A DNA stretch of 64,000 nucleotides from a virus, in the IMG/VR virus record IMGVR_UViG_3300032214_000528, positions 71,032 to 135,031 of that record; one strand, written 5' to 3'. The notes below the pieces were generated by a model. It was not told the origin of the DNA and searched no databases. It was given only the letters and a program-made list of their open reading frames with translations. Shown piece by piece: positions 59,366-64,000 of the stretch; position 1 is the stretch's first letter, and each line of letters starts with the position of its first letter. Both the position numbers and the translations under genes were made by a program.

Positions 59366-59663
59366 TCAACCTAACGAAAAACTCTCTCCTAGAGTCGAGG
59401 CTTTAAGAGAAGCAGCTCGAATTATTTCTGGGGAAAGAAACGCTCAGTATGGTGGACCAGAAGAAAACTTCACTCGTACAGCTAAAATTTGGTCTGTAAT
59501 TCTTGGACACGACGTTACTAACGAGCAAGTTGCAATGATGATGGTTGGGCTTAAGGTGGCAAGATTTGCCAATAACTCTGGATTCCAATCTGATACATGG
59601 GTCGATATTGCAGGGTACGCTGGGTGCGGTTACGAAGTCGGAAAGATTGCTTCAGAGCAATAA
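59352..59663 (+). CDS. DUF6378-like protein
   Basis: EAARIISGERNAQYG.PEENF..W..., LKVAR, D.WVDIAGYA. Confidence 0.75.
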   Translation: MSTDNQPNEKLSPRVEALREAARIISGERNAQYGGPEENFTRTAKIWSVILGHDVTNEQVAMMMVGLKVARFANNSGFQSDTWVDIAGYAGCGYEVGKIASEQ

Positions 59664-59704
59664 GAGTAGACTAGAGCCATAGAACTACTAGAAAGTAGGA
59701 AGAA

Positions 59705-60004
59705 GTGGCAGCGGAACCAGTTATAAGCCCTATGGCTGTATGCGAGGCATGCTGGCTTGAAAACCACACTAAATGGGAGCCTGAAAGCGTAGATGAAAAG
59801 GGAAAAATCCTTATGCGCCTTAAAGGTGTAGATGTTCCAGAAAAAGTCAATAATGGAAATGTAGAAGTATGCGTTATGTGCGGTGGGATAACTATTGCAG
59901 GAATATTTGAAATGAAGCTATCTGAGGAAGTTTATTTCTTTAATGAGTCTTTTGAAGAAAGCTTTGAGGTCCCTTTAGAAAGCACAGAAGAAGATCCTAG
60001 CTAG
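59705..60004 (+). CDS. Hypothetical Cys-containing protein
   Basis: CEAC and CVMC pairs; AGGA RBS. Confidence 0.65.
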   Translation: MAAEPVISPMAVCEACWLENHTKWEPESVDEKGKILMRLKGVDVPEKVNNGNVEVCVMCGGITIAGIFEMKLSEEVYFFNESFEESFEVPLESTEEDPS

Positions 60005-60013
60005 GAGACAGCC

Positions 60014-60349
60014 ATCAAAGACATACGACACGGAGAGCATCTTTGGTCTGAATGGGACGGAAACGGCTATAGAGAAAGCATTACATCCTCGACTATTTAC
60101 TCTACTTTTGACCACATAGATTTAGAAAATGACCTTGTAAGGAGAGCTCTTGCCTCGGCATTGCAAAGGGATGGAGTAGCGGTTTCTTTAGGCGATGGTT
60201 TTAATATGATAGATAAAAGCTATCCAATTTATGGTTGGTGCGGGGTTATTGAGGGAGAGTTTGATCTAACTGTCTGTAATGAATTTGGGGAGACAGAGTA
60301 TGAAGATGTTGTAGAGAAAGCACTACCAATCACTTGGATAGAAATATAG
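60014..60349 (+). CDS. Hypothetical protein, probable ATC start
   Basis: Frame open from 60005; AGGAG-6nt-ATC. Confidence 0.55.
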   Translation: MKDIRHGEHLWSEWDGNGYRESITSSTIYSTFDHIDLENDLVRRALASALQRDGVAVSLGDGFNMIDKSYPIYGWCGVIEGEFDLTVCNEFGETEYEDVVEKALPITWIEI

Positions 60350-60401
60350 TTTATAGTATATAGTCAAGCGGTTTTATACTTTATAGTCTAAACTAGGTTA
60401 T

Positions 60402-60896
60402 ATGTGGAAACCAGCGGACGATTTAGAGTGGCAGCGAGATGCATCCTGCGCTGATCCTAAAAACAAAAAATCGGTTGACTGGTTTTTCTCTAAGGACCCT
60501 GCAGAAAAATACTCGGCTAAAAACATGTGCTTTGAGTGTCCTGTACGGTCACAGTGTCTGCAGTGGGCTTTAGAGCACCGTCAAATTTGGGGTATTTGGG
60601 GCGGTAAAGATGAAGTTGACATTCGTAGAACTCTTTCAGTATCATACAATGGTGAAGAGACAAGAAGACGCAGATTTCCGAATTGTCCATATTGTACTGC
60701 TCGTCCTTCTAAGCTTGTTACTTCTATAGAAGAACTACCTAATGGTGGGCGTTGGACAACAGCAAAAGTTGTTACATGCACAGAATGCGACTTCTCTTGG
60801 AGAAGCCGCACCAGTGCAAATGCTGTAGAAGCATATAAACTTGAAAAACAAGAAAAAGAAAAGTCAAAAACTAAAAAGAAAAAATCTTCTAATTAG
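60402..60896 (+). CDS. whiB: WhiB-family regulator with C-terminal zinc ribbon
   Basis: C...C..CPV...C, GIWGG turn; additional CPYC/CTEC. Confidence 0.88.
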   Translation: MWKPADDLEWQRDASCADPKNKKSVDWFFSKDPAEKYSAKNMCFECPVRSQCLQWALEHRQIWGIWGGKDEVDIRRTLSVSYNGEETRRRRFPNCPYCTARPSKLVTSIEELPNGGRWTTAKVVTCTECDFSWRSRTSANAVEAYKLEKQEKEKSKTKKKKSSN

Positions 60897-61956
60897 ATTT
60901 ATTTAGTTTTTCCATAGAAAACTTTAAATTATCTTGTAGTCTTTTATCTAACGGATCAATAGCTACTGCATCTTTAGCATATTGAACAGCGTCTTCATAT
61001 AATCCTAGATTATATGCAGCAATAGCAGCAAAGTCATGTGGAGCAACTCCCCAAGCTTCTGCCTCACAAAGATACTCTAATGGCTTTTCTTTTATCTCTA
61101 ATGCTTCTTTTGCAGAAGCTAAGGACTGCTCCCAGTCTTTTCTTTCGTAATAGAGCTTGGCAAGATCTACATGAGGCTCTCGTCTACCTGGTGCTTGATC
61201 TATTGCTTTTCGTAGCCAAATCTCTGCTTCAGCTGGTAGACATTTAGCAATAAATCTCATGGATGCTGCACGCTCTGGCGCCCATCCAGCAGTAGGTAAT
61301 GATAGATGTCTCTTAAGCTCCACTGCTGCTTCAATATTATGACCATAGAAATAAAGTTCTCTTCCATAATAAAAAGCATTTCGGTCATTATGTGGATCTT
61401 CTTTGACAGATAATGCAAGTAGAGGAAGATACTGTGCTCGTGATTTGCTTGGGTCTGGATGGTGATGTGTCTCTAACCCGTCGATCCATTCTTGTTTTTC
61501 TTCCATACCGTAAACGTAAAGACACTCGTGAACAGGATGACGCCAACGATATCCTTTGCGAGCATGAATGTGGTCATAACTAAACTCTAAACCGGGAGTG
61601 CCGTCATCATTCCAAGACCAGATGTGCTTATAGCGAGGACGGGTTACACCACGTTCCCATGCTGCTTCAAGAAGTGGACGCCAGTTTGGTGTAATCACTT
61701 CATCCATATCAAGCGATATGCACATATCGATGTCAATAGGTAAAGCGGCTAGAGCAGCATTTCGAGCATCATCAAAACGCCATGGAGAGACTCTTACATC
61801 TACAACATTGATTCCAAGTTCACGAGCACGTTGAACGGTGCCGTCTGTTGAACCAGTATCAGCAATAAGAAGGTAATCTGCATCTTTAGATGCTTCAAAC
61901 CATTTTTCTACAAATTGAATCTCGTTAAGAGCAATTGTGTATATAGCTACCTTCAT
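60889..61956 (-). CDS. GT2 glycosyltransferase with TPR-like C-terminus
   Basis: IADTGSTDGT, RNAAL, SLDMDE, HPVHE. Confidence 0.85.
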   Translation of the reverse strand: MKVAIYTIALNEIQFVEKWFEASKDADYLLIADTGSTDGTVQRARELGINVVDVRVSPWRFDDARNAALAALPIDIDMCISLDMDEVITPNWRPLLEAAWERGVTRPRYKHIWSWNDDGTPGLEFSYDHIHARKGYRWRHPVHECLYVYGMEEKQEWIDGLETHHHPDPSKSRAQYLPLLALSVKEDPHNDRNAFYYGRELYFYGHNIEAAVELKRHLSLPTAGWAPERAASMRFIAKCLPAEAEIWLRKAIDQAPGRREPHVDLAKLYYERKDWEQSLASAKEALEIKEKPLEYLCEAEAWGVAPHDFAAIAAYNLGLYEDAVQYAKDAVAIDPLDKRLQDNLKFSMEKLNKSN

Positions 61957-61960
61957 ACTG

Positions 61961-62185
61961 TCATTCCTTATCTCTTGTTTCTTGACCCCACTTATCTAGT
62001 GGACAAGAAGAATTAGACCACACGACTTTCTTATATAAACTACAAGAACATTCTACGCAATAACCAAAGTCATTTTTGTCGCATGTCTTACAGATTTCAT
62101 ATCTTTTATTAGAAGCATCTAGAGATATCTGAAAACTGTTATCGCCATCTAACATAATTTCGTCTCTATTTGGATCCATTTTCAT
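61961..62185 (-). CDS. Small Cys-rich protein
   Basis: R...C..C....C..C.C....K......CP..KW. Confidence 0.65.
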   Translation of the reverse strand: MKMDPNRDEIMLDGDNSFQISLDASNKRYEICKTCDKNDFGYCVECSCSLYKKVVWSNSSCPLDKWGQETRDKE

Positions 62186-62194
62186 GTTTAAATA

Positions 62195-62773
62195 CTACCC
62201 TAACTTTCTATACCAAGCTTGGTATCCTTTTTCTATTTCTTTTATCTTATCTGCATATATAGAACTAAAAGCATCAATTGCCATTTTTGGTTCCTTAATT
62301 GCCCCTAAACCAGCGGACCACTGATAGTCGTCAAAAGCTATAATGCCTCCAAGCTTGAGACACTCAAAAGCAGCGACTGCATCTTTTAAAACTCCGTAAG
62401 CGGTGTGGTCCCCATCAATATATATAAAATCATATTTTTCTACATTGTTTTTAAAAAAACTATCACTAGTTCCTTTGTATTTAATAATTTTTCTGTCTTC
62501 TCTTCCCGACTGTGTCTTAAAATCATATAATGATTCAACTGTCTGCCAGTTCATTTCGTAATGAGAAGGCTCTTCTGAACCCTCCCAAGTATCAACGTCT
62601 ATTAAACGTGCATTTGGATTTGTAAGAACGTTGGACAACATCCACACGGAGGCATCGCCAGTGTATGCACCAATCTGTAAAACTCTTATTGGTCTACCAG
62701 CTAACTCATTTTTAATATAATTTGTAAAATTAGCTTCACCGTTATCGGAAAACCAACTAACTTGTTCGTTCAT
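62195..62773 (-). CDS. Class I SAM methyltransferase (Methyltransf_24-like)
   Basis: LQIGAYTGDAS, DFIYIDGDH, LK.GGIIAFDDY. Confidence 0.85.
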   Translation of the reverse strand: MNEQVSWFSDNGEANFTNYIKNELAGRPIRVLQIGAYTGDASVWMLSNVLTNPNARLIDVDTWEGSEEPSHYEMNWQTVESLYDFKTQSGREDRKIIKYKGTSDSFFKNNVEKYDFIYIDGDHTAYGVLKDAVAAFECLKLGGIIAFDDYQWSAGLGAIKEPKMAIDAFSSIYADKIKEIEKGYQAWYRKLG

Positions 62774-62833
62774 TTGTTTATGTCCTTTTGTTGTGTGTAA
62801 TTTATATCACTAACTATACTATAATAAGGTATT

Positions 62834-64000
62834 CTATGCGCTACTTGATATTGTATATCTTTTCTGCCCCTTCATAGGCATGTAGGCTAAGTTTTGCGGC
62901 CCCCCTAAAATACTTGAAGAATCAGTATAGTCGTTGTCCTGTCCGCTAGAATATATTACTTTTTTAGCATTAGCAACTATCCAATTTTTTACTTGAGTAG
63001 GGGTCCAGTTTGGGTGTACCTGCATAAGTAATGCACAAATCCCAGCGACTTGCGGAGAAGCCATAGAAGTTCCACTTAAAATTTGTTGCTTATATGATGC
63101 ATTAAGATAGTATTGATTTGTAGATGAGTCTGCATTTACATTACTCATTGCACTTATAATTCTATCACCAGCTGCATATACGTCTACTGCTGGTCCAGTA
63201 TCACTGTAAGACGATTTAGCTTCCTCTGTTGACACGAAGCTTAAACCCATAGCGCCTACCTCTAGCCCAGGATTAGTTCCACTATGAGGAGAAGAGCCTC
63301 TATGGTAATAGTAGTCACTTAGACCTGAAGAAGTTACGTAGTTGTTGTAGTCTAACCCACCTGATACATCATGTTTCATTCCTGTATTACCAGCTGCATT
63401 ACAAACAATAATTCCAGCGTCTATTAGTTGTTGAACATCTGCATCTACAGATACCACTCTATATGGAAAAATGTACTCGTCTATACTTATTTGATCCCCT
63501 ACAAGACCTTTAGCTGTGTCTTTAGTGTTTCCTGCCCAAGGAGTTCCTCTATATGAACCTCCTGTAATTGCATAAGTTGTTGCTCCACCAAAGCTGAGTG
63601 TGTCTGAAGTTGTATCCCATACAATTAAATATCCCCAGCTATTATTTAAAATTGTAGGTCTTCCGTTTGTTTTTGCGTTATGCCAACCTAAGATACAGTC
63701 AAAAGCATTTGCCGCACTTAGTCCAGAGTTAGGATCTGTAGATCCTTCAAGCCCTGAAAGTTTTATAGAATATATATTTGCATTTTTAGCCCAACCAAAC
63801 GTTTTACCAGCAATTGTTGCTGCAACATGTGTACCGTGACCGTCATAGTCTGTGTAAAATGCTGAAGGCATAGTCCCAGAAACACCGCTTGCAGTGAACC
63901 AGTTTATTTCTTGTACCCTACTACTTCCATTTGAATCTTGAAACTCTGGGTGATCTGCTTGAATTCCGCTATCAATAATAACTACATCTACACCAGTACC
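62834..64000 (-). CDS. Subtilisin-like S8 protease, 5'-partial
   Basis: VDVVIIDSG, GHGTHVA and SGTSMASP catalytic triad; frame open past the window end. Confidence 0.9.
   Translation of the reverse strand, partial: GTGVDVVIIDSGIQADHPEFQDSNGSSRVQEINWFTASGVSGTMPSAFYTDYDGHGTHVAATIAGKTFGWAKNANIYSIKLSGLEGSTDPNSGLSAANAFDCILGWHNAKTNGRPTILNNSWGYLIVWDTTSDTLSFGGATTYAITGGSYRGTPWAGNTKDTAKGLVGDQISIDEYIFPYRVVSVDADVQQLIDAGIIVCNAAGNTGMKHDVSGGLDYNNYVTSSGLSDYYYHRGSSPHSGTNPGLEVGAMGLSFVSTEEAKSSYSDTGPAVDVYAAGDRIISAMSNVNADSSTNQYYLNASYKQQILSGTSMASPQVAGICALLMQVHPNWTPTQVKNWIVANAKKVIYSSGQDNDYTDSSSILGGPQNLAYMPMKGQKRYTISSSA

Larger units (their letters stand above)
1..64000. mobile_element. Tailed phage genome segment (siphovirus-like actinophage)
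   Basis: Portal, protease, capsid, tail tube, tape measure, tail fibre, PolA, helicase and WhiB in phage-like order; no host housekeeping operons. Confidence 0.95.

Noticed and set aside
1-64000. Alternative genetic code, tRNA/rRNA genes, integrase
   Set aside because: Genes end cleanly at TAG, TGA and TAA with coupled starts; no cloverleaf, rRNA or recombinase motifs were recognised by eye

Overview
This window is a 64-kb segment of a tailed dsDNA phage with a siphovirus-like tail, most likely infecting an Actinomycetota host (WhiB gene; head and tail gene order reminiscent of cluster-B-like actinophages; AT-rich look suggests a freshwater low-GC actinobacterium, which is inference). Layout: (1) 1-10.4 kb, early/accessory region of small ORFs in promoter-gene-terminator cassettes, including a proteasome-beta/HslV-like protease and a transglycosylase/PG-binding/holin-like trio; (2) 10.4-10.9 kb, palindrome-rich, AT-rich non-coding switch region; (3) 10.9-36.6 kb, head module with portal, a 4200-aa polyvalent protein (DEDDh exonuclease + complete UvrD-like SF1 helicase + ArdC/MPTase + second HExxH domain), a 1576-aa multi-domain maturation protease, major capsid and a second capsid-like protein; (4) 36.7-51 kb, tail module; (5) 51.1-60.9 kb, replication/recombination genes and whiB; (6) 60.9-64 kb, minus-strand glycosyltransferase, methyltransferase and S8 protease. 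No tRNA, rRNA, CRISPR array, integrase or terminase was seen. The most interesting signals are the giant enzyme-loaded head protein, which shares short motifs (candidate maturation cleavage sites and a QxRDxxG[RK][FW] motif) with its neighbours, and ten early promoters whose spacer element matches or resembles the actinobacterial PafBC/RecA-NDp DNA-damage promoter (TGTCRG-N10-TAnnnT). All domain calls are by-eye motif recognition, not database searches.
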